Assembly: GCA_963707025.1 (NCBI GenBank) | Contig: CAVPOM010000007.1 | Span: forward strand, 352,001-416,000 | Direction: 5' to 3' | Length of the DNA: 64,000 bases | From: an uncultured Verrucomicrobiae bacterium | Lineage (GTDB): Bacteria; Verrucomicrobiota; Verrucomicrobiia; Limisphaerales; Palsa-1400 | Part shown: positions 29,857 to 40,632 of the stretch, in pieces | Numbering within the stretch: position 1 is the first letter of the stretch | How the letters are laid out: every line of letters begins with the position of its first letter | Translations under genes and position numbers: made by a program | Notes under the pieces: generated by a model | What the model was told of the DNA's origin: nothing | What the model saw: only the letters and a program-made list of their open reading frames with translations | The model's database searches: none

Positions 29857-31512
29857 ATGCCATTGGCACCTGATTATGAACCGGAGTTCGATTCGTTGAG
29901 AGATCTCCTGCTGGAGATTGCTCCGGAGCGATCGGTCGAGCACCTGCTGCAGAAGGTGGTGCAAAAGCTCGCCGAACGTCCCCACGCGTTGGTGGCGCGG
30001 CTGTGGCTGCTGGAAAAAGGGGATCTTTGCGCTGCCTGCCCCATGCGTCCCCGGTGCCCGGAGCAAACGCGCTGCCTGCACCTGGTGGCCAGCGCCGAGT
30101 CGTCGGTTGGGGAGCCAAGGGAAGAGCCGCGGCCAGCGGAGCGGGAACTGCGGCGGATTCCGGCGGGCGTGGGAGCGATTGGGCGCATTGCGGCCACGGG
30201 CCAGCCCATGGTGAGCAACCACCCCGGCGAAGACGTTGACGGATTCGGTGAGCCGGGATGGGCGGGTCGCCAGGGCATTCGCGGATTTGGCGGGCAGCCG
30301 ATTATTTTTCAGAACGAGGTTCTGGGGGTGATCGCCCAATTCAACCGCATTCCGACTCCGGATCACAGCCCGGCCTGGCTGAGGATATTTGCCGATCATA
30401 TCGCCGCCGCCATCGTCAATGCGCGCGCTTTTGAGGAGATCGAGCAACTCAAAGCGCATCTGGAATTGGAGAATACGTTTTTGCAGGAGGAGGTGCAGGA
30501 GGCCAAGGCGCTGGGCGAAATGATTGGGCAGAGCGCGGCCTTGAAGAAGCTGCTGCGCCAGGTGGAGATGGTGGCGCGCACGGACGCCACGGTGTTGATT
30601 CTCGGCGAATCCGGCACGGGCAAGGAGTTAATCGCCCGCGAGATTCACAAGAACAGCCGGCGCGGCCAGCGGCCCTTGATCCGGGTCAATTGCGCTTCGA
30701 TTCCCCGGGAGCTTTACGAGAGCGAGTTTTTCGGGCACGTCAAAGGCGCCTTCACCGGCGCGGTCAAGGACCGGGCGGGCCGCTTCGAGGCGGCGGCGGG
30801 CGGCACCTTGTTTTTGGATGAGGTGGGCGAAATTCCATTGGAGCTGCAAAGCAAGTTGCTCCGCGTGTTGCAGGAAGGCCAATATGAGCGGGTGGGCGAA
30901 GAGAGAACCCGCACGGTGGACGTGCGCATCATTGCCGCGACCAACCGGGACCTGCCCAAGGATGTGGAGGCGGGGCGCTTTCGCCAGGACCTTTATTACC
31001 GGCTCAATGTTTTTCCGGTCAAAGTGGCCCCGCTGCGCGAACGCAAGGAGGACATCGCTCTGCTGGCGGCGCATTTCCTGGATAAAGCAATTCGCAAACT
31101 CAAGCTGCCGCCAGCCCGGCTCACCCAGGCGCATATCGCCCAGTTCCAAAACCATGATTGGCCCGGCAACGTGCGCGAATTGCAGAACATGATCGAACGC
31201 GCCTTGATCCTCGCTCAAAATGGAGTGCTCTGGTTTGACCTCCCGGACAGCCAGCGGACCACGGCGGCCGGGCCGGTGGCGCCGGGGGTGGAGGACGGAG
31301 TGGCGCCGGCCATTCTGAGCGACGCCGAGCTGCGGCAGCGTGAGCGCGATAATGTGCTCGCGGCCCTCAACAAAACCGGCTGGAAAATTCATGGGCCTGG
31401 CGGCACCGCCGAACTGCTCGGTGTCAAGCCCACGACCTTGATCTCCCGTCTCAAGAAACTGGGACTGAAAAGGCCCGCGGCAAAAGCGGCCCTTGCAGCC
31501 GCGGGCATTTGA
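29857..31512 (+). CDS. Sigma-54-dependent activator (GAF-AAA+-HTH, FhlA-like)
   Basis: [30 protein letters not shown]-terminal HTH. Confidence 0.95.
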   Translation: MPLAPDYEPEFDSLRDLLLEIAPERSVEHLLQKVVQKLAERPHALVARLWLLEKGDLCAACPMRPRCPEQTRCLHLVASAESSVGEPREEPRPAERELRRIPAGVGAIGRIAATGQPMVSNHPGEDVDGFGEPGWAGRQGIRGFGGQPIIFQNEVLGVIAQFNRIPTPDHSPAWLRIFADHIAAAIVNARAFEEIEQLKAHLELENTFLQEEVQEAKALGEMIGQSAALKKLLRQVEMVARTDATVLILGESGTGKELIAREIHKNSRRGQRPLIRVNCASIPRELYESEFFGHVKGAFTGAVKDRAGRFEAAAGGTLFLDEVGEIPLELQSKLLRVLQEGQYERVGEERTRTVDVRIIAATNRDLPKDVEAGRFRQDLYYRLNVFPVKVAPLRERKEDIALLAAHFLDKAIRKLKLPPARLTQAHIAQFQNHDWPGNVRELQNMIERALILAQNGVLWFDLPDSQRTTAAGPVAPGVEDGVAPAILSDAELRQRERDNVLAALNKTGWKIHGPGGTAELLGVKPTTLISRLKKLGLKRPAAKAALAAAGI

Positions 31513-31786
31513 CGCTGGCGGCTGTTCTTTCCATGAACCCTCACCTCACCCTAACCCTCTCCCCTCCCATCGGATGGGAGCGGCGAGGGAAGAGCAGACG
31601 GACACGAATTGATCCAGGAGATCTGTCGAGCAGCGGCGGGTTCATGGTCCCATTGCTCGCCAGAATTCTGCGTGGAGGCTAAACCATTGCCAGGGGGAGC
31701 CGGTGGCTCGAAATCGGCGCACAGCGCCCACTCTACAACAGTCAAATTAAGAGACTGCCCTTTGCGACGAGAAACCGCAGTCCGGT

Positions 31787-31817
31787 TGCGAGAAGTCGCA
31801 ATCTGCGAACCTTCGCA
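31787..31817. promoter_or_regulatory. Putative activator binding sites (UAS)
   Basis: TGCGAGAAGTCGCA and TGCGAACCTTCGCA, starts 17 bp apart. Confidence 0.7.
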
Positions 31818-31886
31818 GAGAGCCGGGAGGGGGGCCGCCGTTGTGCATCGTCTTAAACGCCAGCGACTTGGGTTTTCACAACCTTT

Positions 31887-31901
31887 TGGCACAAGGATTG
31901 A
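31887..31901 (+). promoter_or_regulatory. Sigma-54 promoter
   Basis: TGGCAC-AAGGA-TTGA upstream of the AhpD-like gene. Confidence 0.65.
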
Positions 31902-31959
31902 TAAAGGACGGGTATCAATGATGCCAGCCGACAACCACTTTTGAGAAAACCGAATCGTT

Positions 31960-32538
31960 ATGTTGCGCCTGAATCCCATCCAAGCCAATGAGTTTGGCAA
32001 GGAATTGCAAGAATTGCTGGCCAGAGGCCACCCCGACTTTGAGGCACTCCCGAACTTTGTGAAAATCCTGGCTAAATCCCGCGCGGCGGCGGTGGCCTAT
32101 GTGCTGGCCGACGACGCCCTGGCGGAAGGCCGGCTTTCGCAACGACAGCGGGAACAGATCGCCCTGGCGGTAGCGGAAATAAATGGCTCCCAGTATTGCC
32201 TGCGGGCGCATGCGCTGGCCGGCAGGAAGGCCGGGTTGAGCGGGGAGGAGATCCAGTCGGCCCGCCGGGCGGCGGCACCCGAAGGGAAAGCCGATCAGAT
32301 GTTGCGTTTCACCCAGTCCCTGGTTCTGCAACGCGGGGACATCAGCGATGAGGACCTGAACGCCTTGCGCCAAGCCGGTTTTTCGGATGCGGAGATGATT
32401 GAAATCGTGGCCAATATCGCCCTGAATGTTTTCACCAATTATCTGAATATTCTGTCCAAGACGGAGGTGGATTGCCCCGCCATTACGGACGGGCAGCCGA
32501 ACGTCCTCCCGGGTAAATCCACACCCGTGCCTGCCTGA
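31960..32538 (+). CDS. AhpD / carboxymuconolactone decarboxylase family protein
   Basis: REQIALAVAEINGSQYCLRAH, IVANIALNVFTNY. Confidence 0.88.
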   Translation: MLRLNPIQANEFGKELQELLARGHPDFEALPNFVKILAKSRAAAVAYVLADDALAEGRLSQRQREQIALAVAEINGSQYCLRAHALAGRKAGLSGEEIQSARRAAAPEGKADQMLRFTQSLVLQRGDISDEDLNALRQAGFSDAEMIEIVANIALNVFTNYLNILSKTEVDCPAITDGQPNVLPGKSTPVPA

Positions 32539-32826
32539 AGAATGGTTCGCATTCAGACTCTATTTCCTGCCCAGGGCTTCGATCACGGCGGCTTGGATTT
32601 CTTCCGGTTTGAGCTTGGCGGAAAGGTATTTTCCATCCGGGCCGATCAGGAAAATGGCCGGAAGAATGGGTGGGCCGAATGGCCCGGGAGGACGGGGCGG
32701 ACAATTGTGCCTCGCTTGGACGGGGGAAAGCTGGAACGGAGTCTCGTCCCTGTGTTCCCAAGGGTATTTCGTTCATCGCTTTCAATACCATTGCCGAAGC
32801 CCCGCCCGTGAAGTAGGCTGGCGCGC

Positions 32827-34440
32827 GTGAACCGGCGCGATTTTTTCAAGACCGGCCTGGCCGGCGGCGCGGCGGCGTGGGCGATTTCGGCCACCGCCAG
32901 CGCCGGCGCGGCGCCCCAACCGTCCTCCCGTTTGCCCGCCTTCGAATGGGAGGAAGTGACCGTCCGCCAATTGCAGGCCGCGATGCAGGCGGGACGGCTC
33001 ACGGCGTCCGCCATCACGCGCCAATATCTTCGCCGCATTCGCGACCTGGACCAGCGCGGCCCGAAGCTCAATTCGGTCATCGAACTGAATCCGGACGCGC
33101 TCGGGATGGCCCAGGCTCTCGACCGGGAGCGAAAAGAGCGCGGGCCGCGCGGGCCGCTGCATGGCATACCGATCCTGATTAAGGACAACATCGCCACGCA
33201 CGACAAAATGATGACAACCGCCGGTTCGCTGGCGCTGGCCGGGGCGGTTCCGCCCGCCGACGCTTTTGTGGTGCAACGACTGCGCGCGGCGGGGGCCGTC
33301 ATTTTGGGCAAGACGAATCTGAGTGAATGGGCCGATTTTCGCTCGACCCACGCCACCAGTGGCTGGAGTGGGCGGGGGGGCTTGACCTTGAGCCCCTACG
33401 TCCTGGATCGCAATCCGTCCGGCTCCAGTTCCGGTTCCGGCGCGGCGGCCTCGGCCAACTTGTGCGCGGTCGCGGTCGGCACGGAGACCGACGGTTCCAT
33501 CACCTCGCCCTGCTCCTACAATGGCCTGGTGGGCCTCAAGCCAACCGTCGGCCTGGTCAGCCGGTCCGGCATCATTCCCATTGCCCACAGCCAGGACACG
33601 GCGGGTCCGATGGCGCGGACCGTGGCGGACGCGGCCGTTCTCCTGGGAGCCCTGGCCGGAGAGGATGCCGATGATCCGGCCACCGCCGGCGCCGGGGGAA
33701 AAATGGCGCCCGACTACACCGCGTTCCTCGACGCGGCGGCACTGCGGGGAGCGCGCCTGGGCGTGGCGCGAAAGTTCTTTGGAATTATGGACGCGGTGGA
33801 CAAATTGATGGAAGAGGCGATTGCGGCGATGAAAAGCCACGGCGCGCTGATCAGCGATCCAGCGGATCTGCCCAGCCACGGAAAGTACGGCGACAACGAG
33901 GACGAGGTGCTGGCCTGCGAATTCAAGGCCGACTTGAATCAATACCTGGCGTGGCTCGGTCCGTCCGCGCCGGTGCATTCGCTGGCCGAAATCATTGCTT
34001 TCAATGAACGCAACAAGGCCAGGGAAATGCCGTGGTTCGGCCAGGAGCTTTTTCTCAAGGCGCAAGCCAAGGGCCCGCTGACGGAGCAGGCTTATCTGGA
34101 CGCGCTCGCTCGCAACCACCGCCTTTCCCGCGAAGAAGGGATTGACGCGGTCATGGACCGCCTGCAACTGGACGCGATCATCGCTCCGACGACCGGCCCG
34201 GCCCAACGGACCGACCTGCTCTGGGGAGATCGCGATACGGGGGGCTGCACGACGCCCGCCGCCGTCGCGGGCTATCCGCACCTCACCGTGCCGATGGGCT
34301 TGGTGGACGGACTGCCGGTCGGCATTTCCTTTTTTGGCCGCGCTTGGAGCGAAGCGAAGCTGCTGGGCCTGGCCTTCGCCTTCGAACAGATGACCAAGGC
34401 GCGCCAACCGCCGCGCTTCCTTGCTTCGCTTCCGGGCTGA
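32827..34440 (+). CDS. Tat-exported amidase (amidase signature family)
   Basis: RRDFFK Tat motif, [27 protein letters not shown]. Confidence 0.92.
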   Translation: MNRRDFFKTGLAGGAAAWAISATASAGAAPQPSSRLPAFEWEEVTVRQLQAAMQAGRLTASAITRQYLRRIRDLDQRGPKLNSVIELNPDALGMAQALDRERKERGPRGPLHGIPILIKDNIATHDKMMTTAGSLALAGAVPPADAFVVQRLRAAGAVILGKTNLSEWADFRSTHATSGWSGRGGLTLSPYVLDRNPSGSSSGSGAAASANLCAVAVGTETDGSITSPCSYNGLVGLKPTVGLVSRSGIIPIAHSQDTAGPMARTVADAAVLLGALAGEDADDPATAGAGGKMAPDYTAFLDAAALRGARLGVARKFFGIMDAVDKLMEEAIAAMKSHGALISDPADLPSHGKYGDNEDEVLACEFKADLNQYLAWLGPSAPVHSLAEIIAFNERNKAREMPWFGQELFLKAQAKGPLTEQAYLDALARNHRLSREEGIDAVMDRLQLDAIIAPTTGPAQRTDLLWGDRDTGGCTTPAAVAGYPHLTVPMGLVDGLPVGISFFGRAWSEAKLLGLAFAFEQMTKARQPPRFLASLPG

Positions 34441-34458
34441 GGCCGGCCATCAAATCAC

Positions 34459-35498
34459 TCAAGGATTGGCCGCCAGCAGTTCGTTGACTTTGGCCATCAC
34501 CGCGAAGGCGTCGGCCACATAAAGCACGTCGGCTTTGCCGCGCGCCCAGCCGCAGTTGGGGTCCAGGCTGATGGCGCGGCGCTCGCCGATGAAACGCCAG
34601 CCGACGGTGTGCGGCTCTTCGCCGTGGCAGCAGGTGCTCAAACCTTTGGCGTGCCGCGGGGTCGCGCCGGTCTGGCCGATCTGGTTGAGATGGGAGAGGA
34701 ACGGCAGCACCGCCTGGCCTTCGCCGCCCTGATCCACCAGCGATTTGCTGCTGCCCAGCGAGGCGCGTGTGAGCTTGAGAAAATCGAGGATCAACTTCTC
34801 CGCCTCCGGCAGATGCGTCTGGCCATCGGCCTGTTTCTTCGTCCAGCCCGCGCCGGTGACGAAGAGCAGTTGCGCGTCGGGCCGGATCGTTTGCGCATCG
34901 GCCTTGGGCTGGCGGATGCCAATCACCGTGGTGCGCTGCGCGGCATCGGGCAGAGGCACCGGAACCAGTTCAACCGCCGCCGCGCCCGCGGCCGCAATCG
35001 CACGCCGCCTGGCTGCCGGGGTCAATGAGCATGAACCACGGACGCTGCGTTCTGGTCAACGCGCGCTTCCATGCGCTGGCGATAATACCAGCGGTTGACC
35101 GCGGGCTTTCCACCGGCGTCGCTGAGGCCGGTGACATGGGTATCCACGCGTCCGCCGAGCCGTTGCGCGACGCCGGGCAAAACGCGATTCCAGCGCGAAG
35201 TGGCCGGAGCGACGACCAGGGTGGCCTGCGCCGCTTTGCAGATGGCTTCCGCCGCCGCCGCGTCGGTGGCATAGCGCGACTGGGCAAAATCCGCGCCCAC
35301 CACGCCGAAATACTTTGTGGCGGGACAGGCGGCGATGGAATTCGCGGCCGCCTGAACATTTTCGCCGATCAGCCCAACGAACAGTTTGGATCCGGCGATG
35401 GATTTGTTCAGGGCGCGGGCGGCGTGCAATGCTTCGCGGGCGGACTTGGCGAGCGAGCCGCCGGCTTCGGAGTGAGCGAGAAGAAGAATGGTTTCCAT
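34459..35498 (-). CDS. Electron transfer flavoprotein alpha subunit-like (frameshifted near 35025-35050)
   Basis: Two adjacent frames; QIGQTG, KADVLYVAD; position in the ETF operon. Confidence 0.75.
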
Positions 35499-35598
35499 GG
35501 GAAGGGGGAGGGCTGGGTTAATGGAGTGTTGGAGTGTTGGAGTGTTGGGTTGAAGCAAAGGAAGTTCACTACTCCATTACTCCATCACTCCGTTATGT

Positions 35599-36409
35599 TT
35601 ATTTCTTGATCCACTCGACGATTTCCTTCGCGATGTCGTCCGGCGATTTGTCCTTCACGATTTTGGTTTCGCGAAGTCTGTTTCGGCAGCGCCACGCTCG
35701 CGAAGCTCAATCCTTCGCCGGCGAGCTTCGCCGGCTTGGCCTTTTGCAACGCCGGCATCACCGTGCGCATGTTGACCATGCCAACCTGCGGATTGTTTTT
35801 CGGTTCCGGCAGATTGCCCGTGGCCCAGCCGAGCAACGCCGGCGCGCCCGCGCATTTTGAGACCTGATGTTTGCCGCCTTCGATGCGTTCCAGAATTTCC
35901 AGCGAACCATCGGCGTTCACCGTGAGCTGATCCACGCCTTGAAATTGATCGACGATGCCCAGCCGTTCGCCGACCATTTGCATCGTCGCGCCCGCGCCGC
36001 GCGAGGCGGATTCCCAGCCGCCGAAAACCAGCAGTCTGGATTTGTCGAGACCGGGAATGGTCTGGATGGCCTCGGCCAGCGCAGCGGCGACTTCCGCCGC
36101 CTCGGTGAAACCGCTGGCCGGACCGTCGAGCGCCACCAGTTCAAACGGCACTTTTTGCGCGACGGTCATCATCACCTGCTGGAGCTTGGCCTTCGGGCCG
36201 AGGCTGACGAGCCAGACTTTGCTGCCGGGCGCGTTCCTGGCCAGGTTCGCCGCTTCATAAAGCGCGTGGCCCGCCCACGGATCGAGGACGGCGGGCAGCA
36301 TCATTTCATTTTTCAACGCCGGGCCGGCCGGCGACGCGACCGGTTCAAGCGTCTGCAACGGATCGGGCACGATGCCGGCGCAAACGACGATTTGGTATGC
36401 GATGCTCAT
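35599..36409 (-). CDS. Electron transfer flavoprotein beta subunit (frameshift near 35675)
   Basis: IVVCAGIVPDP, ERIEGG, C-terminus ...IAKEIVEWIKK* in a shifted frame. Confidence 0.8.
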
Positions 36410-36416
36410 AAACGTT

Positions 36417-37028
36417 TCATTTCTTCAAAGTCATCTTCGACGGAAAACAACCGGCCACAGCAGCCCGCACTTCCTGCAACCAGGCGGCGCGCTGCGGGGC
36501 CGTGCTGGTGATCACCACGGCAAACGTCCGCCGCTGGACATTCTTCACGCCGCACAAATCAAACACGCATTTCTTCCACAAATTCTCCAGCGGATCGCCG
36601 AAAATCTCGCGCTCGCGATCCTGCGCCGTGTTGGCGGTGTTGAAAACAATCGCCGCCTTCGCTTTGAGCAGGCCGACGGGCACACCTTCGCCTTTGTCGT
36701 TGGCCACGAAACGATAGGCGATTTCCATCCGCAACACGCGGTCAATCCAGCCCTTCATAATCGCCGGCGGCATGCCCCACCAGTTCGGATGCACGATGAT
36801 AATCCCGCCGGCCTGGGCGATTTCCTGGCAATGGCCGGCGATGACCGGATCGAGCTTGGCGTCCGGTTGCAATTCAGCGGCGGAAAACAGCGGCGGAAAT
36901 TGTTCCTGGTAAAGATCATGCAGGGCGACTGTGTGGCGGTTCCGGCGCAGCGCTTCCGCCGCCGTGTTGGCGATGGCGTGGTTGAAACTCTCGGGATTCG
37001 GATGGGCGAGGATGATGGAGATGTTCAT
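36417..37028 (-). CDS. Flavodoxin-fold NAD(P)H-dependent oxidoreductase (MdaB/KefF-like)
   Basis: AHPNPESFNHA, HPNWWGMPPAIMKGWIDRV. Confidence 0.88.
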   Translation of the reverse strand: MNISIILAHPNPESFNHAIANTAAEALRRNRHTVALHDLYQEQFPPLFSAAELQPDAKLDPVIAGHCQEIAQAGGIIIVHPNWWGMPPAIMKGWIDRVLRMEIAYRFVANDKGEGVPVGLLKAKAAIVFNTANTAQDREREIFGDPLENLWKKCVFDLCGVKNVQRRTFAVVITSTAPQRAAWLQEVRAAVAGCFPSKMTLKK

Positions 37029-37083
37029 CAATTTTCGGCTGAACGCAGGCCGCCAGCGCCGGCGCGGAAGGCGACGGCCATGT

Positions 37084-37500
37084 TCACGGTGTCAGCAGCG
37101 CAACCTTGGGGAAATACTTTCTGAACCGCTCTTGGTCGCGGGTGGCAATCTTCCAGTGCATGATCTCCGCCTGGGCGCCGATGAAGAAGTCCGGCAGCGG
37201 CATTTTAGGCGCTGCACCGCCGCCCGAACCGCGCCGCGCGGTGACATATCGGCGATAAGCCTTGCCACAAAGGACCGCCACCCCGGCAGGCACATCATGC
37301 ACGGTGAGTCCCAGGCGTTTTATTTCCGGTTCCACGTCTTCCGGGTCGCGTGCTCCAGCGCACAATTCCGCCAGCGTCACCACACCAATTCCACCGCCTT
37401 CCGCTACCACCGCGTCCTCAATCTGCCTTTTGGACCACGCATGGTGTTGCTGGGTCGTATCGAGGGCATCCACAACGACGTTGGTGTCCAACAGGATCAT
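37084..37500 (-). CDS. vapC: VapC PIN-domain toxin
   Basis: MILLDTNVVVD...PLPDFFIGAQA..ATRD. Confidence 0.88.
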   Translation of the reverse strand: MILLDTNVVVDALDTTQQHHAWSKRQIEDAVVAEGGGIGVVTLAELCAGARDPEDVEPEIKRLGLTVHDVPAGVAVLCGKAYRRYVTARRGSGGGAAPKMPLPDFFIGAQAEIMHWKIATRDQERFRKYFPKVALLTP

Positions 37501-37727
37501 GGCTCGCGCGTCATCGCGCGCAGCTCGTCCCACGACATGTCAAACTTCATCTTGGAAGCCGCGATGGCCTTGCGCACCTCCGCCCGGGTTTTTTTCTTCG
37601 GCGGCGCAGGTTTGTTCAGGCGCACCAAAAGGAAATGGCCGTTGCCTTCGTCCTCATAGGCGAACACGTCACCCGGCTTGGCGCCTGGCATGACCACCCG
37701 CTTCTTGCTGTCGGCGATTACTGTCAT
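37497..37727 (-). CDS. AbrB/SpoVT-like antitoxin
   Basis: MTVIADSKKRVVMP..PGDVF; ATGA overlap with vapC. Confidence 0.7.
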   Translation of the reverse strand: MTVIADSKKRVVMPGAKPGDVFAYEDEGNGHFLLVRLNKPAPPKKKTRAEVRKAIAASKMKFDMSWDELRAMTREP

Positions 37728-37775
37728 GGTGGGATAATCCCACATTCACGGCTGGGTGGCAAGGGCGGTTCCCGC

Positions 37776-39653
37776 TCAATTCTCCGCCGAGTGCAGGCCG
37801 CCGGCGCCGGCGCGGAAGATGATCCCGACCTGTCGGGACTCCGGATTTTCCGGAGAGGCGGACGGGCAGTTCCACAGGCAGGCGCCGCAGTGAACGCATT
37901 TCTCGCGGTCAAAAGCCGGCACGCCGTTTTGGCCGGGGGTGATGGCCTGGCCGGAACAGACTTCGACGCACAGCTTGGTGCCGCATTGCTGGCATTGGTT
38001 GGGAAAAACAAACGCGACATGATCGGCGTAGCCGGGCGGAGCCTGCACCTTCCCGCCCATCAGCAAGGCGTCCTGATGGGAGACGAGCAACTGGCCGTCG
38101 TACGGCACGGCCGGCCAGCCCGCGCGTTCCAGGAGGGCGGCGTGGGCGGAAACGCCGCGCGCGTAACAGTCGTCGCGAATCCGGCGCACTTCGCCGGGAG
38201 GAATGCGGCCGCGAAAATAATCTTCGAGCGGGGGAATGCGCTGCCACGGACGCAGCGGCTGGCCGGGCAGGACGAGCCGTCCGCCGCTCAAACCGGCCAG
38301 GGCCATGCCGAGCAGCCCGGTGACGACGCCGTGTTGAAAGCCGTCGCGCGATTTTTCGGCGGCGCGGGCTTCCTCTTCCACCCAACTGCCGCGGCGGCGT
38401 TGCACATAGGCCGCTTCGAGGTTTTCCTTGGTAAAAGGTTTCTTCGCCTTGAGCAGTTCGAGCACAGCTTGGGCGAGTTGCGTGCCGGTGGCCCAGGCTT
38501 CGTCCACGCCCGATCCGGTGAGGATGTTGGTGCTGCCGCTGCCTTCGCCGATTCGCGCGTAGCCGTCGCCGGCGAGATGCGGCTCGCCGCGGCGGCCGGA
38601 TTCACCGAGTGTCTTGGCGCCCCAGGACCGGAGTTTGCCGCCCTGGAGAAGATGCCAGAGATACGGGTGCATCATCCAATGCTGCAGGTAGCGGTAGGCC
38701 GTGCGCACCGGGCTGTCGAACCACGACGGGACGAAGATGCCCAGGGACGCGACGCGGCCGGGATGCACATAGAAGAATCCGAAGATTTCCGGCTCGGGGT
38801 AGCCGAAGGTGTGCAGCACCGTGCCCGGCTGGAGCGGGGTGTCGTCCGGCAAATCCACGACGAATTTCATCCCCACCGCCCAGTCGCTGGTGTGATGGTC
38901 TTCCGGCAAACCGAAAAGGTCATCCAATTGCCGGCCGACCGGGCCGACCGGGCCATCCCCCACCACGGTCAGCGCGGCGTGAATGTCCATGCCCGGCGTG
39001 AAGCCGTCAGCGGGCGCGCCCTGCCGGGTCACGCCCTGATCGAGCAAGCGGACGCCGGCCACTTTTCCGTTTTCGATGAGCGCCTGGGAGACGGGCATGC
39101 CGGGCCAGATTTGCACGGCGCCTGTGCTTTGCACCTGCGCGCCGACCCATTGCATAAATTGTCCCATCGAGAGCACCATGCCGCCGCGCTTGTGGAGGAA
39201 GCCGGGCGTCCAGGGCAGCTTCAAGGCCGCGCGCTCCAATGGCAGCGCCCAGCGGAAAGCGTGGATGAATTTGTCGGCGAGCCGCAGCATGGCCGAACGC
39301 CGGCTTGCTCCGGCGGGATCGAGCAGGTAAAGCACTTTCTCTTCGCCGACCGGCGCGGCCATGGGGATGCCGGCCTTGTCCATGTCCGGAAAGCTTGCCC
39401 GCAAGGCGCGGGCTTTGCTGACGACGCCGGAAACACCGAAGCCGATGTCGTCGGCGCGTTCGTAGCAAAGCACCTGGAGCGGCAGGCCGGGCGCCACGGC
39501 GCTTTCCACGGCGGGCGTGCCGTCGGCACGGACAAGTTGTTTGGACAGCGTGAAGAGAAAGCCCGCCGTGGCCGGGCCGAACCCGACGCACACGATGTCC
39601 GCGTCCATGCGCGGGCGGTCAATGGTGGGGGTTTCTGATGCTGGCTGCGACAT
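37776..39653 (-). CDS. ETF-quinone oxidoreductase-like flavoprotein with C-terminal ferredoxin (FixC/FixX-like)
   Basis: DIVCVGFGPA FAD motif, CVEVCSGQA, CVHCGACLWNC. Confidence 0.85.
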   Translation of the reverse strand: MSQPASETPTIDRPRMDADIVCVGFGPATAGFLFTLSKQLVRADGTPAVESAVAPGLPLQVLCYERADDIGFGVSGVVSKARALRASFPDMDKAGIPMAAPVGEEKVLYLLDPAGASRRSAMLRLADKFIHAFRWALPLERAALKLPWTPGFLHKRGGMVLSMGQFMQWVGAQVQSTGAVQIWPGMPVSQALIENGKVAGVRLLDQGVTRQGAPADGFTPGMDIHAALTVVGDGPVGPVGRQLDDLFGLPEDHHTSDWAVGMKFVVDLPDDTPLQPGTVLHTFGYPEPEIFGFFYVHPGRVASLGIFVPSWFDSPVRTAYRYLQHWMMHPYLWHLLQGGKLRSWGAKTLGESGRRGEPHLAGDGYARIGEGSGSTNILTGSGVDEAWATGTQLAQAVLELLKAKKPFTKENLEAAYVQRRRGSWVEEEARAAEKSRDGFQHGVVTGLLGMALAGLSGGRLVLPGQPLRPWQRIPPLEDYFRGRIPPGEVRRIRDDCYARGVSAHAALLERAGWPAVPYDGQLLVSHQDALLMGGKVQAPPGYADHVAFVFPNQCQQCGTKLCVEVCSGQAITPGQNGVPAFDREKCVHCGACLWNCPSASPENPESRQVGIIFRAGAGGLHSAEN

Positions 39654-39671
39654 TGGCGATTTTGTTTCGGT

Positions 39672-40271
39672 TCAATGTTTCCCGGCGGGCCGGCGGCCGG
39701 ATGGTTTTGCCTGGATTTCGCCGCGGACATGAAATCCAATTTCACCGCGCTTCGGTTCCGGCTGGGGTGGCAGCGGCTCCATGAGCTTTTTGATTTCGCC
39801 GAGGATGTGGACGATGGCTTTTTCGTGAACGTCCAAACGTCCTGTCAATCGCCGCTCCAACTCCGCCAGTTTTTCCGCCAGTTGCACGTTTTGTCCCAGC
39901 ACCTCGCGCATCTTCACGAACGCCCGCACGACAAACACGCTCATCTGGACGGCGCGCGGACTGTTCAGGACATTGGCCGCCATGATCGCGCCGTGCTCGG
40001 TGAAGGCGAAGGGGAGTTTTCGCCGCCCACCGCGTCCTTTCTTTGATGTTGCAATTTGCAACATCAAACCGGCGAACTCGTCCGCCGTGAGTTGAAAAAC
40101 AAAATCCTCAGGGAATCGATCTATGTTGCGATTCACCTGCTGGTTAAGGCGGGTCGTGGTCACGTCGTAAACTCTTGCCAGGTCGGCATCCAAAATGACT
40201 CTCTGGCCGCGAATGATCCGAATGAGGTGTTCGACAGGCTGCCGGAGAATTACCGAGGTCTTGGTTTTCAT
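39672..40271 (-). CDS. ORF6N domain DNA-binding protein
   Basis: IRGQRVILDADLARVY..NIDRFPEDF.FQLT..LPFAFTEHGAIMAANVLNS. Confidence 0.9.
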   Translation of the reverse strand: MKTKTSVILRQPVEHLIRIIRGQRVILDADLARVYDVTTTRLNQQVNRNIDRFPEDFVFQLTADEFAGLMLQIATSKKGRGGRRKLPFAFTEHGAIMAANVLNSPRAVQMSVFVVRAFVKMREVLGQNVQLAEKLAELERRLTGRLDVHEKAIVHILGEIKKLMEPLPPQPEPKRGEIGFHVRGEIQAKPSGRRPAGKH

Positions 40272-40632
40272 GTGGTTGCGAGCGGATTGGAAACCGCAAA
40301 TCCCTGTTGATAAGACGGTTGGCATCTTGAGGTCACAATTTGTGACCTCAAACCGAAAGCCGAGGCGAATGCGACGCAAACGATGTCCGCGTCCATCCGA
40401 TGGCGGCTAATGTTGGTTTGATCGATCATGGAGAATTGGCCCCGTTTCAAGGTCGCAGTTTGCGACCTTGAACGCCGAAAGTCATCCGTCGCCTTTGATA
40501 TCGCAATTTGCGAGCTCAAACCGAAAGCCGCATCGAAGCCAACGCAAACGATGTCCGCACACATGTGCTGGTCAGCGGTGAGCCGAGATCCATGGCTTGG
40601 GCGGGGCACCTTCATGAAATGCGGGGCGCTCC

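Noticed and set aside
31537..31595. CCCTCACCCTAACCCTCTCCC...GAGGG hairpin as a specific regulatory RNA
   Set aside because: Looks like a common REP-like intergenic palindrome; single copy here with no further support
40042..40520. Palindrome series as a CRISPR array
   Set aside because: Repeats differ in sequence, spacing is irregular, no cas genes, and one copy is within a coding region
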